Shown here: positions 36,905 to 50,225 of the stretch, in pieces
Layout of the letters: each line of letters opens with the position of its first letter
How positions within the stretch are numbered: position 1 is the first letter of the stretch
Assembly (NCBI RefSeq): GCF_006345805.1
Contig: NC_042999.1
Span: forward strand, 73,780,001-73,844,000
Length of the DNA stretch: 64,000 nt
Source: Octopus sinensis
Taxonomy: Eukaryota
Direction of reading: 5' to 3'
Program-made: the position numbers and the translations under genes
The notes under the pieces: generated by a model
What the model was told of the DNA's origin: nothing
What the model saw: the letters and a program-made list of their open reading frames with translations, nothing else
The model's database searches: none

Positions 36905-37692
36905 CTAGCAGCATAGCCCGGCGTTGCCTGGGTATGTAAGAGCCCCTAGTAGGCAACGACTAATCCCAATCTAGTCCTTTCCCTCTAGGGAACGAAGGCA
37001 CATGTGTAGGTTGCAATATCTTCTCTTCACTCCCAAATAACTATCAAATAGCTATCGATAATTCAACCCAACCAATTCCTACCAGGAAGAAATTACATTC
37101 GAGACTTTACCCCCACTTCTGCTAATAGCTGCTGCAGCCGCAAGTTATTCGAATACTTTTTTTGCTTACACTTTCTTTATAACTACCACCCCAAACGTTT
37201 TACCTTAAATTTTTGACATACCCTAAGGGTCCTCGGACACTACTTGCAAACTCTTGGTTTATTATAAACCGCTTTTGTCGTGTGCACCAAAAAACCTTTT
37301 CCATTCGTTTGTTCAGTTTGGTCACTTTTGACTTTTTCGTTGTTGTCACTCACATTGCTGCCCGCTTTTTTGCCGTTTTTGTACATTTTTATACATTTTG
37401 GGATACTTACCCCACGTGTTCCGAGAGTTAAAAAGGTCGAGTTGCGTCCCCTAGACAGTGTGTAGAAAATGTGTTGCATATAAAAAGCTTAGATTCTCGA
37501 CCCGTGTCGAATTTATCAATTTCTTTTCAGAACTGGGGGAACTTTTCAAAATTTTCGCTGTGTTAGTTTTGAATTATGACATTGGGCTGTGTGTGTCAAG
37601 TTTCATCAGAATCGGTCGAAAGCCGTGGTCAGGGTGAGAGTACAACCTGACAGACACACAGACAGACAAACTGCTGTTTATATATAGAGAGA
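36905..37692 (-). mobile_element. Non-autonomous Helitron, 788 bp
   Basis: Minus strand starts TC and ends CTAG, inserted between A (37693) and T (36904). Subterminal hairpin cccaggcaacgccggg; no TSD; CpG-rich. Confidence 0.85.
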
Positions 37693-38147
37693 TGATACTT
37701 AACAAGGAAAAACCTCAAATGTGGAAACATGAGCCAAAAAATCAAGAGGAACTTACTTGCAATCTAGGAAGAGATTTTACTCAATATGCAGCAAAGAAGC
37801 AAGTATAGATTCTATATTGTGTACTCAAGTAAACTATGATTACACAAGGGATGAATGGAAAAACAGAAAAAAAAGAAAACATAGGCTGACAGAGAAGAAA
37901 TACTCTGTAGTTTGCAGAAATAATTATTGGTAAGTGTGTCTATGAAATGTATTTTTTCAAATGCCTAGAAGACTCACAAGTAATTGACATTTTCTGTTAT
38001 TTAGTCAGCAGTAGAGGTGGGTGTTGTTAACACATAGTAGCCAGTGTAAGAACAGGGAAGAAGAAATTTAGAGAGTTACTACCTCTTTGGGCAACAAAGA
38101 TTCTCAGAGTAAAGAGCAGATTGATAGTATGATGCTTGTACATGATG

Positions 38148-38242
38148 CAGTGATTCTCAACCTTTTTACTTTTGAGTAACCTTTAAAATAAAATACACGT
38201 CTCAAGGAACCCTGCACAAAAAAAATTATATACCATATCTTT

Positions 38243-38295
<53 letters not shown>

Positions 38296-38510
38296 GTATA
38301 TATATGGTTGTTATATATATTTGTTGATAACATAAGAGGTTAGATAGGCTGATGTTTATATTATAATATTACAATCATGAGTGCATGTATAGTAATATTA
38401 TGATCATGAAATTAGCATTTGCTTACTTCACTCTTTTTCAGAGAACCCCAATCCCATGGAACCTTTTATGGAATCCTAGAGTTCCAGGGAACCCCAGTTG
38501 AGAAACATTA
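38148..38510. mobile_element. hAT-like MITE with internal (TA)n
   Basis: cagtgattctcaac ... gttgagaaacatta ends; 8-bp flanks acatgatg / atatgatg (7/8). Confidence 0.75.
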
Positions 38511-41500
38511 ATATGATGTATCAATACAATAATACATGGTAGTAAAACAAGAGCAATGAATGCTGAGGATATGTAAAGGCTGGAAAGAGATGGTGTGAGC
38601 AGGCTCGGCTGGATGTGAAATGTTAATGTTAGCATACATGAATAATGGACAAGAAATGAGTGAAGAGGAAGAGTGCATATAAGAACAACCAGGTCTAGTC
38701 TGCATGAGAGGAGATTGTGCTGAGGCGGACATATTATGAGTATGCAGGATGAGAGATAAGTGAAGATATGCCAAGCAATTCAATTGGTAGGAACTTGCAG
38801 AAGGTGTAGGAAGTGGAAACTGGGAAGAAATGGTAAAGGCAAACCTCAGGATGTTGAATCTCAATGCCAACCACTTTATAGAGTGTACTAGTGCTTTTCA
38901 CATGGTTCCAACACTAGTGCTTTTTGCATGGCACCAGCACTGACAAGGTTGCCAAGTACTTTGTAAGATAAAAATCCCTTGGCTGGGGGAGGGGATAGTA
39001 TTGAGGCAGAGGGAGGTAGTTTTGTGCCAGTTGATGAGAGATGAAAGGTATAGAGAGACAGGGATAGGTGTCTTGCTGAAGAGTAGATACAAGGATACCC
39101 CAGATAGAAAAGAAAGGAGGGTGGGTTAGAGAACAAGATAAAAAGAGTAAAGACAGCAACAGTGAGACAAATGGTGAAGACATGTTGGGACATGCCCTTG
39201 AAGGACATTGGTGGTGGTGGTGAGAAGTGGGATGATTTCATGTTGCAAACCCTCACCTATTCCCTAGTAAGATAATATTTCCCTCTGACCAGACATGTTT
39301 TCACAGAATATTGGAAATGAAGGATACTGCTTGCAAGATGGTGATATTTGTTTATCATGCAGTGTCAAGGCAAGGAGACAGTGACACACAAACACGTATA
39401 CATACAAATATACATATATAATACGATTCTTTCAGTTTCTGTCAACCAAATTCACTCACAAGGCTTTGGTTGGCCTAAGCTATAGTAGAAGATATTAATA
39501 CAAGGTACCAAGTGGTGGAACTGAACCTAGAACTATGTGGTTTTGAAGAAACGGAATAAGAAACCTATTATTTGAAAAACAGGTATGGGTTGGAGACAGG
39601 AAGAGTAACTGGCTGTAAAACAAGGCTTCAATAATGGAAAAATGAATTTATGCATATGTATATATATATGTGGTGTACAAGAGAGACGACTGTGCTGGTA
39701 TGATCATGTTATGCATATGGATGAGGACAGCTGTGTAAAGAAGTGCCATTCTCTAACTGTGGAGGGAACCTGTCGTAGAGGTAGACCCAAGAAGACATGG
39801 GACAAGGTAGTAAAGCATGATCTTTGAACTTTGGGCCTCAGGGAGGCAATGACTGAGGCGAAGTTGTGCTTGAGAAGAAGATCCATCAAGCCAAGTAAAA
39901 TCACAGTTGTGACAGATACCAGTCACACAAATGGCACCCATGCTGGTGGCACGTAAAAGCACCCATTACCCTGGTCAAACCAACCAACCCATGCCAGCAT
40001 GGACAATCAACGCTAAATGATGATATGTGTGGGTAGATGTATGATTTTATACACACACACACAAACACACAATTCATGCAAATATCTTTCCAGCAAGTTG
40101 ATCTCATCTAACTTTTTTATAATTTTCTTTCTTTTACTTGTTTCTGCTAAAGTGAACACAGCTCAAACTAGAATGTTAATTAATGAGCAGGATTCCTGTA
40201 TAAATAGACACTTAGTAATGGTGTTATTTCAAGCAGATGGACACAGGAATAAAATTTGGAAACCTAAAAGTCTGCAGCTAACATCTATTTATGTCAAGTG
40301 ACAGAAATCCTAAAATTTATCATTTTCTTCAAAGTAATGTTTAATCTTGTTGATTCCAGTTCTATATATTTTGCAATAACACTGACCTTATTTGGCTATG
40401 TAGTCTTCCATCAGTCAACTCTCAATGTTATTGTTAAGGCATGGCTGCCTGGGAAGAAGTTTGTTCCGCAACCACATGGTTTCAGGTTCAGTCTCACTAC
40501 AAGGCAATTGTAGTCAACCAAAGCCTTGAGAATGGATTTGGTAGATGGAAACTGAAAGAAGCTCATCATCATAATAATTATTTAATGGCTGCCTTCTATG
40601 CTGGCAAGCCAGAGAACTGCACCAAGTTCCATTGCCTGCTTTGACTTAGTTTCTATGGATGGATAACCTTCCTAATGCCAACCCCTATACAGAAAGTACT
40701 GGGTGCTTTTCATGTGGCACCAGCACTGGTGGGGTTGTCAAGTGACTCACAATACAAAGGCCCTCTTGGCTAGGAGAGGCAGTGGTACTGAGGGAGGTGG
40801 CTTTGTACAGATTAAGAGGTTAAAGTATAACAGAGGTAGGTGTCATACTAATAGAGTAGATACTTCGCTACCTCAATAGGAAGAGGAAGGAGAGATAGAG
40901 TCAGAAACAAAGATAGAGAAAGAGAGAGAGAGAGGGAAAGATGGTGTTGGGGATGCATCAGCACATACTCACAAGGTACAGTGGGAGTGAATGTAAGTGG
41001 TTCAGAGAGGATAGAGGGGGATGTTCAATAAGAGTGTGAGGAGAGTGTGAGGAGAGATGTTGAGAGCTAGAGAAGAGGTGACTGTAACAAGCGAGGGTGA
41101 GAGAAATGGATGTGACTGGTGTGTAGTGTGTGGGCTCTGGTAGATGTGTGAAGGCATGGAGAGTGTACAGGTAGATACATGAGGAAAAGTGGAAGGGCCT
41201 CCAGCGAGTGATCATGAATAGGGGGAAAGGGGTGTTGAAAAGATGGTTTATGGGGGGAGTTTTGACAGGAGACAAAATTCAGTGTGCATGGGGGTGACAT
41301 ACTGATTATGCCTGTATGTACAGCCATGATTTTATTTAGTATATGTGTGTGTTACCACCTCCATGCTGTGATAGTTGTGAGTGTCATGGAAGCTGTGTCC
41401 TTCATTTCCAGTATTGTGTGAAACTTGTCTATTATGAAAGAATATTACCTTACTTGGAAGAAACAGGTGAGGTTTCTGTTCAACCCATGTGACCATGGAA

Positions 41501-42120
41501 AAGGGGACATTAAAATGATGTGTGTGTGTGAATATATATATAAACTCTTTGACTTTTTTTAACTTTAAAGCTGCAGTCATGCTGGGGCACCAAGACAGAA
41601 TGGAATAAACAGAAGACATAGGATGGAAGAGTCGCTCAAGAGGTCAGAGATGTGTGATGAAAGATTTCCAAACAATAGACATAAGATAAAGTAAGAACAA
41701 TAATAAACAAGTGGAGAACGAATATAAAGTTCATGTTTATTTGGCAAGAGAAAAAAATGACCATCCTGAAATATAACAATACCTGCTTCAACACAATTTC
41801 ACATCAGGAATCTTGCAAAACAAATTCATAAATGTAAATACCAACATCATCATCATCATTTAATGTCTGCCTTCCATGCCAGCATGGGTTGGGTGGTTTG
41901 ACAGAAGCTGACCAGGCAGGAGTGCACCAGATTTCTGTGTCAGTTTTGACACAGTGTTTACAGCTGGATGCTCTTCCTAACACCATCAGCCCAGCAGAGT
42001 GGGCAGAATGCTTTTTATGTGGCACAAGCACAGGCAAGGTCAGTTTTGGCATGGTTTTTACATGGATGCCCTTCGAAATGTCAACCACTTTACAGTGTGG
42101 ACTGAATGTTTTATAATAAT

Positions 42121-42171
<51 letters not shown>

Positions 42172-43118
42172 TATACACACACGTGCACAAACACACACAG
42201 ATACATATATGTAAAGTATAAAGCTTCTAGTGTTTGTATGCTGTTGGAAGAAGACATTTTAGACTGCATCCTTCTTCAGGTCCATCATTTAAACACATAT
42301 GGTCATTTCATTAACCACATCTCTCAGTGTTTGGTATTTCCTACACTGCCAGAATCATACTCTAGGAGACTCAAAGAACAATGCATTATTGCTGCTACCT
42401 GAAGTTTAAATGAATGTTTCTCCTCTTTCTCTTAACCAGTCCCTATTTTTGTTTATTATCTATGTCCATATGTGTTGGGTTGTATTGATGTTTCCCAGTC
42501 ATATATATTTGTATATGTACATATAGTTGTGTTTAGATACAGGTACACACACATCATTATCATCACATAATGTTCATTTTGTATGCTGTCATACATTGGA
42601 TGGGTCGACAGGATCTGCTGCATTGTACTCCATGTCAGCTTTGGCATGTTTTCTAAAACTGGATGCCCTTCCTAATACCAAGTACTTTACAGCGAGCACT
42701 GGGAGCTTTTTTTCATGCCACCATCACTAGTTAAGTTGCCATGTTTCTCACATTCTGATGAAAGATTTGCTTCATAATGCCAGAAACTCTTCTCCCAAAA
42801 TGAATGAACATAAGAAACTTTGTTTTATCGCTAAATACAATCAAGATCAAAATATGTACAGAGGTAACATTATACTACAATGTAAAAGAAATTAAATGCA
42901 ATAACAAAATGAATATACTAAAAGATGCTAGTTCCAGACATCTAACAACTGGAGTATAAACTTCATTGTCTGCAGCTATGAAACAGCATTTGCATAATGT
43001 ATACATCCAATGGTAATAGTTAATTCTATTAGCCTGCTGGTGTGTATTGTTATATATACTTTACTGTGTAAAAGCGATTATTATTAATCTAAAACATTGC
43101 AGTTTAAAAGTTATATCA

Positions 43119-43157
<39 letters not shown>

Positions 43158-43469
43158 ATTTCAGTATACACCCTTACAAAAAAAGTATGGTAGTGAAAAG
43201 TAGACATATTGTTTAGAGTGCAAAATTTAAATTTGATAAAGAGAACAACACTGAGCAGCCTGTAAGAAATTTGATGTTGGAACCAAATTAAACTAAGGAG
43301 AAAGAATAAAGCAAGTTCATAATCTAGAACTGAAACAAAAAAATAGAGTGAACATGTTGAAAATATGAGAAAAGACGCATAACACATCACCACACTGTAT
43401 GTAAAGTGATAAGCAAAGAAAATGTCAAAAGACGAGAAATGTATATATACTTAATCTTTCCAGTATTCA

Positions 43470-44150
43470 AATAAGTCAGCGCCAGTGATACTTCAAAAGC
43501 CTTTCTTAAGCACCAAGTCAGAAAATTAAAAGTTTACAAAACCCACCCTCTAATTTGGATGATAAAATTGTACAGCTTTTAATAACTGCAAAAGCAACAT
43601 GACTTTGAACTGAGTCAAATTGAAAACTTGGATGAGGCATCTATATTTTTTGACATGCCAAGAAACAAAACACTGAATAAAGTAGGAAGTAAAACTATGT
43701 TTGAATAACAGGCCATAAAAAGAAAAACAAAAAAAAAATCACTGCAGCTTTGCATTCTTTAACTAATGAAACCTAGTGAAATCCTATGGTTATATTTAAA
43801 GGGCAAGTCTGAAAAGTGAAATACTTACTTAATCTGAAGGCTGGCCGGATAGATCTATAACTAAGAAGAGTATGAGATAAACAATCTGGAATTCTTTTAA
43901 AGAAACTTACAGTACTGGTAAGTACTAGTTTAAAATGGTGAAAGGTATGAAAACTAGTCAGTCTGTAATCTCATGTGGTTTGATACATGTTTTTTAGCTT
44001 GTTGATATTTTGAACAAACCATTTAAGGAAGAAGTAAGAAAGAACTGGATGCTATGGAAGTCATCTGATGAAGTGAGGAAAAAAAAATAACAAAAAAAAA
44101 AACAGCAGGAAGTTATCTCAAAAGTGGCTAGCCTTGCAACTAACTACTCA
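43470..44150 (+). pseudogene. pogo/Tigger-like DDE transposase remnant
   Basis: IENLDEASIFFDMPRNKTLNKVGSKT from 43619, then TGHKK, PMVIFKG and VISCGL...VDILNKPFKEEVRKNW; many stops and frameshifts. Confidence 0.8.
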
Positions 44151-45196
44151 CCAGATGGAATACTTTGGTTGAACATATGGTTTCAAGATCTTTTAAAAAA
44201 CTGATGATGAACTGATAGGATGGAACAATGATGAAAAGCTAAATTAAGAAGAATGGCTAGAGTTATTTTGAAAAATCTTATAATGAATCAAACTTTGATG
44301 CTTTTTTTAGCGATAAGGTCATTTCATAGACAATGATCTTTTTGAACCTGTTCTACAGATTTCACTTGATTTTTATGCAAAAGTTCAGAACAAAAGAAGA
44401 AACCAGTTCAAATTTAGGAGTAAGCACAGTATATATCTACACACACACACAGAGGCATTGAATGCAGAGGACATGTGAAGACTAGAGAGTAACAAAGCTG
44501 GTATGCTCCGCTAGATGTGCAATGTCAGTGTACATGTGCAACAGAGTGTTAGTTATTGCATTTAATAGAGAAAAGTTAGGCATAGACAAATTAGATGCAA
44601 AGTGTAAAGAGAGAAGACTGTGCTGGTTTGGCCAGGTGATGTAGATGGATGAGAACAGTTGCATAAAGAAGTATCATTTACTTAAAGTGAATGACAGTTG
44701 TAGAAGTGGAAGAACCAGGAAGACATTGGACAAAGTATTGAAGGTTGATCTCAAAACACTCAACCTTATGAAGGAGATGACAAAGGACTGAGACATATGG
44801 TGCATTGCTGTACTCAAGAAAACATGTGCCACATAAAAAACACTCAGTTCACTTTGTTAAGTGGCTGGTTTTAGGAAGAGCATCAAGGTGTAGAAACCAA
44901 GCCTAAACAGACTCTGGAACCTGGTGCAGGCCTTGATCTTGCTAGCTTCTGTCAAGCCCTCCAACCCAAGCCAGCATGGAAAATAAATGTGAAATAATGA
45001 TGACACACACAAACAAACAGAGTGTGAAGAGTATTTGAGGATACTTAATTACCAATATATTACTCCCTTCAAAACAAGTCATTTTCTTTCAGATCCTTCA
45101 TGACAGATGAAATGCTAACATAAGACATGAAAAGACATGCAGTCATTGTTGCCATATATACAGAACACAGCAACTTTCTAAATGCTGAATGATCTT

Positions 45197-45438
45197 TTGT
45201 GGTTCTCAACTATTTTATTGATGGACCCCTTTGATTCTTATTTTACTTGTGTAGGGCCTTATAGCCATTTGATGTTTAAAAATCCTATCATATTTTTATA
45301 ATTAATTATCATAAAGAATTACACACAAAAAAAATTTTGCTAAAATATTTTGTGCATAACCAAATTACTGCACATAAATTTTAACAACAAAATATATGGA
45401 CCCCCAATGGTCATATGGATTCTGGTTGAGAAGCACTG
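45197..45438. mobile_element. hAT-Charlie-like MITE (old)
   Basis: ..gtggttctcaac ... gttgagaagcactg ends; the right flank gtctaggt resembles the TCTAG target. Confidence 0.55.
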
Positions 45439-45783
45439 GTCTAGGTAAAGTTTGAAAGGGCCATTTAGCATAGACATGTCAATAATTCTGGTTTAGTATT
45501 AAAGCAGTCAATGAAGCTGAAGACAATTCATAGAATAGTCTTATAAGAAAGCTTATTGACAACACAAACACAAATTCTTATTTAAATATATTTAGTTTTT
45601 GTTAGCTTAGGTTGTTTTATTAAATTACCAAATATGTCATCAAATACCTATCTCTTACAACTGACAAATGGGAACAGGATACTCTGAGAAACAGTTCCAT
45701 GATAATTTTGCAGCTTTAATAAAAGATATATTATTCTACCCTAGGTATTCGAGTACTATTTTTTCCATCTTATTTTGTACTTC

Positions 45784-45818
<35 letters not shown>

Positions 45819-47210
45819 GATGGATAGACAAATAGATAGATATATTGACTGTGTAGTTGAGAAGTTCATTTACCAGCATGGTTTTGACGTCAGTCCTACT
45901 GCATAGCATCTTGAATAAGTGTCTTCTGCTATAGTCTTGGTCAAGCAGAGTTATAGCAGAAGAGTGGATTCAATAGGTGAAAACTATAAGAAATCTGGTG
46001 TGTGTGTTTTGTGTGTGCACACAGGCACAGGAAAGTAATTTGCTCTAACAAAATGTTCACTGGCATTAGTCTTTGAAAATGTGTAGGACATCCCTCACTT
46101 AACAAACATGTAAGGGTTAGTGACAGGAAGGGCATCCATTTGTAAAATAATGCCTTGCTAATATATGTCTAACCTGTGCTAGCAAGGAAAAGTGGATGTA
46201 TAAAAATGAAACAAATATATATGGTTCTAAGATTGTCAAATTTTACAATGTTAATGATGAGCAAAGATTATCATAAAATAAGAAACATACAATCATTATT
46301 AGAGAAAAAAAATGTTTAAAAGCACTGTTGAAAGACAATTCAGTGCAATTGCCGGTTTTTCTAGATTACACGACATAATGGACTTTTCTTTTTTGCTGCC
46401 TTGTGTAGTAGATTACATTAGAGAGTAAGTTTATATGCTAGTGCTGATCTCTAATTGTGGATGGAACCTGTGAAAGGGGGTAGACCCAAGATGAGGGACG
46501 AAGCGGTGAGAATGGATCATCAGATGTTGGGCTTCACTGAGGAGATGACAAAGGACTAGAACTTGTGGAGATTTGCTATACTTGAGAAGATACATCAATC
46601 TAAGTAAAATCACATCCGTCCATACATACAGGCATGTGCTTTATAGCCATGACACCCGCTCCCTCTCCTAGTTGAGAGGTCTTTGTCTAGCAGGTGCTGG
46701 TGCCACATAAAATGCACTTGTGCCAGTGCTATGTAAATGCACCTGTACCAATGACAAGTCAAAAGTACCCAGCACACACTAAAGTGGTTGGCATCAGGAA
46801 GGGCATCCAGCCATAGAAACCATGCCAAAACAGACAATTGGAGTCTGGACAGCTCCTATAAACCGTCCAACCCATTCCAGTATGGAAAGTGAACATTAAA
46901 CAATGATGATGATGATCTAACATGTTTCGGTAACAACTTCACTGAAAATAAACCAAATTATAAATAACATACTTGATTTTACTCAGATATGTATTTCTAC
47001 AATTTTTGATTTGATGAGGAAAGTTCCCTAACTGTATTAGACATGCATTTATTCTCACATTGATATTTTTGCTTGTTGTTAATGTCCTGTTGAATATGTT
47101 TTATTTACCAAAGGATAGTGCAAGTTCTTGAGATTAGCAATATACTCTTTATGCAAGTTACAATGGATGTAAAACAACTCTGTCCCTCTCTCACTCCCTC
47201 TAAATATATT

Positions 47211-47554
47211 ATATAGAGAGACCCCCTTCGGTCATGAGTGACCATGGGTTTGCACCTAGAGAGTTACCCTCTGAGGCACAAGTCTGGGCAAGGTTGTTTT
47301 TATGGAAGACCAGTAGTCGCCCATGCATACCGGCCTCCCCTCTCCACGCCACCAGTGTTATCCAAGGGAAAGACAAAAGTCGATACAGCTTGGCACCAGT
47401 GACGTCGCAACTCATTTCTACAGCTGAGTGAACTGGAGCAACGTGAAATAAAGTGCTTTGCTCAAGAACACAACACGCAGCCCGGTCTGGGATTCGAGCT
47501 CACAACTTCACGATCGTAAGCTCGACGCTCTAACCACTGAGCCATGCGCCTCCA
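47211..47554 (-). mobile_element. Young intact tRNA-derived SINE with an 11-bp TSD
   Basis: A-box TGGCTCAGTGG and B-box-like GCTCGAATCCC. TSD ctaaatatatt at 47200-47210 and 47555-47565. CpG-rich. Confidence 0.92.
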
Positions 47555-47559
47555 CTAAA

Positions 47560-47615
<56 letters not shown>

Positions 47616-47700
47616 ATAGAGAGAGAGAGAGAGAGAGAGAGATAGACAGACAGATAGATAGATAGACAGACAGGCAGATAGATAGATAGATAGATGAAAT
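47560..47700. repeat. Compound microsatellite (TA)n(GA)n(GACA/GATA)n; many other (TA)n, (CA)n, (GA)n and (TAA)n tracts occur across the window
   Basis: Read directly; other examples at 4570, 9655, 11956, 12118, 12921, 14258, 18880, 38247, 54205. Confidence 0.95.
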
Positions 47701-47963
47701 ATTGAAGGCTGATCTCAAGACATTGAACCTTATGAAGGAAATGACAAAGGACCAAGATATCTAGCGCTCTGCTGTATTCAAGGAGATTTGTCTTCCACAA
47801 CAGAAATGATACCAGTGCAGGTGCCACATAAAAAGTACCTAGTACACTGTTGAGTGGTTGGCATTAGGAAAGGCATGCAGCTGTAGAAACCATGCCAGTA
47901 TAGTCAATGGAGCTTGGTGCAGCCCTTGGCCTTACCAGCTTCAGTCAAACTGTTCAACCAATC

Positions 47964-48838
47964 AGAGCTCCTACCTCAACTGGTAACAAAGGGCCTCTTG
48001 CTCAGAGTGAAAGGTAGACTGTATGATGCATGTGTGCAAATAGCCATGCCACACGGCAGTGAAACATGGGCTGTGACTGCTGAGGACGTGTAGGTATGAA
48101 AGAAATGAACCAGTATGGTCAGCTGAATGTGTAATGTCAGTGTGCATACATGCCGAAGTGTAAGTGCTCTGAGAGAAAAGTTGGACATAGAAAGCATCAG
48201 ATGTGGTGTACAAGAGAGACAACTGTGCTAGTATGGTCATGTGTTAAGTATGGATGAGGTCAGCTGTATGAAGAAGTGTCACACCCTAACAGTAGAGGGA
48301 ACCTGTGGAAGAGGTAGACCCAGGAGGACCTAAGATGAAGTGGTGACGCATGACCTTCAAATGTTGGGCCTCTCAGAGGCAATGAAAAGTGACCGAGACC
48401 TTTGGAGATATGCTGCGCTTGAGAAGACTAGACAAGCCAAGTGAGATCATAGCCGTGGCCTATGCCAGTGTCGCATAACTGGCCCATTTAAGAGTACCCT
48501 TCAATCGTTGGGCAATATGCTGTGCTTGAGAAGACCTGTTGAGTCAAGTGAAATCATTGTCGTGGCTGATGCACCATTTGCACATGGTCGATGCCAGTGC
48601 CACATGACTAGCTCCCATGCAGGTGGCATGTAAAAAGCACCATTCGAGCATGGGTGATGCCAGTGCTGCCTGACAGGCCCTTGTGCCAGTGGCACATAAA
48701 AAGCACCCCCTACACTCTCGGAGTGGTTGGCATTAGGAAAGGCCTGGTGCAGTCTCCTGGCTTACTAGTCCTCAGTCAAACCGTCCAACCCATGCCAGCA
48801 TGGAAAGCAGACATTAAACAATGATGATAATGATGATA
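47964..48838 (+). mobile_element. 5'-truncated RTE LINE (RT C-terminus plus 3'UTR and (GAT)n tail)
   Basis: Begins agagctcctacctcaactggtaacaaaggg and is collinear with 50830-51775. Confidence 0.85.
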
Positions 48839-50225
48839 CATATGACAGACTTCTTTCAGTTTCTATCTACCAAATCCACTCACAACACTTTGGTTGGCCA
48901 GAACTATAGTAAAATACTGAAAGACACTTACCGAAGATGCTATTAAGTAGGACTGAACCAAAAAGATTATGGTTATGAAACAAACATCTTAACCATACAA
49001 TACCCCCACACACACATATAGGAGCAGGCATGGCTATGTGATTAAAGAATTCCTTGTAGTTTTAGTTTTTGACCAACTGCACAGCAACTGGAGTAGCTTC
49101 TACTATAGCCATGGGTCAAGCAATGCCATGTGAGAGAATTTGGTTGATGGAATCAGCAGGAAACCTGTCTTAGATACACATCCAAACATACCCATGTGTG
49201 TGTGTGCGCGTGTGTGTGTGGGGGGGTGCATGTGACCTGGTGTGTACAAGCATATATGTACGTATTTCTCATACTCATCAATGTATTTTTGAAGTCCACC
49301 TTTCTATGCTTGCAGGGGTTAAATGAAATTTGACGAGGTAGATTTTCTATGGTTAGATGGAAGAGCATCCAACCATCAATCTTCAACTGTTTCCAAGTAA
49401 GATAATATTTCTTCTTGTCCTTCAAACACAAACAGCACAATAAATGGGCATGTTTGCATGGAGGATTGCAAAGAAAGGACAATGCTGTAAGACACAAACA
49501 TACAGAGACGCTTGCTGAAGGAGCCATGGTTGCAAAGATAACTTCTTTATGATATAACCATGCTTTATATATGTATATGAGATAAAACAAATGGTTTATA
49601 CCTGGTAGCTTACTGGTAAAGCATGATCACTTTCACAGTGTTCGTTATGTATATGGTAAATGAAAAATAGAAGATACAAGAATTTTTATTAATCACTACA
49701 ATTGTTTCGATCTCTCACTGGTTGTATACTTAACAACTGGTTCAGGAGCATCCAACAGTGCAGATTTATCTCTTTGGGTGATAAACAGATATAACTTGTT
49801 AAAATAACAGTTCCACAATTTTTGTTCTCATTTCATGTAAAGTAAAGCAGCAAATTAAGAGATATATCTTCATTTATATAGAAGGTCAACAATAAAAGAG
49901 CAGATGCAAAAAAGAAATGAGCATGCAATACAGCAAGAAAGTATTAAAAATAACCGTTAATGGACATGGATGTATAAATGTCCTCACAAAAGTTGTATGG
50001 CGCATGTACACTTGCTCATACAAGCATCCACGAAGATGTAAGCATACACATGCATGGTTTGATGCATATACACTTACATAGCAAGTTAAATAGCTACTTG
50101 GTGTTTATAAGAATGGAGAGGTTAAAGCTAAACTTAATTCATGACTACCTTATAGTAAATTATGTTAACAATCACTCAAATTCATTCCCACTGATTTATG
50201 CAAAAGTACATTTATATGCATGTAG

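Noticed and set aside
42755-42800. CTGATGA...GAAAC spacing suggestive of a hammerhead
   Set aside because: Stem II does not close next to GAAA and there is no NUH with stem I/III support.
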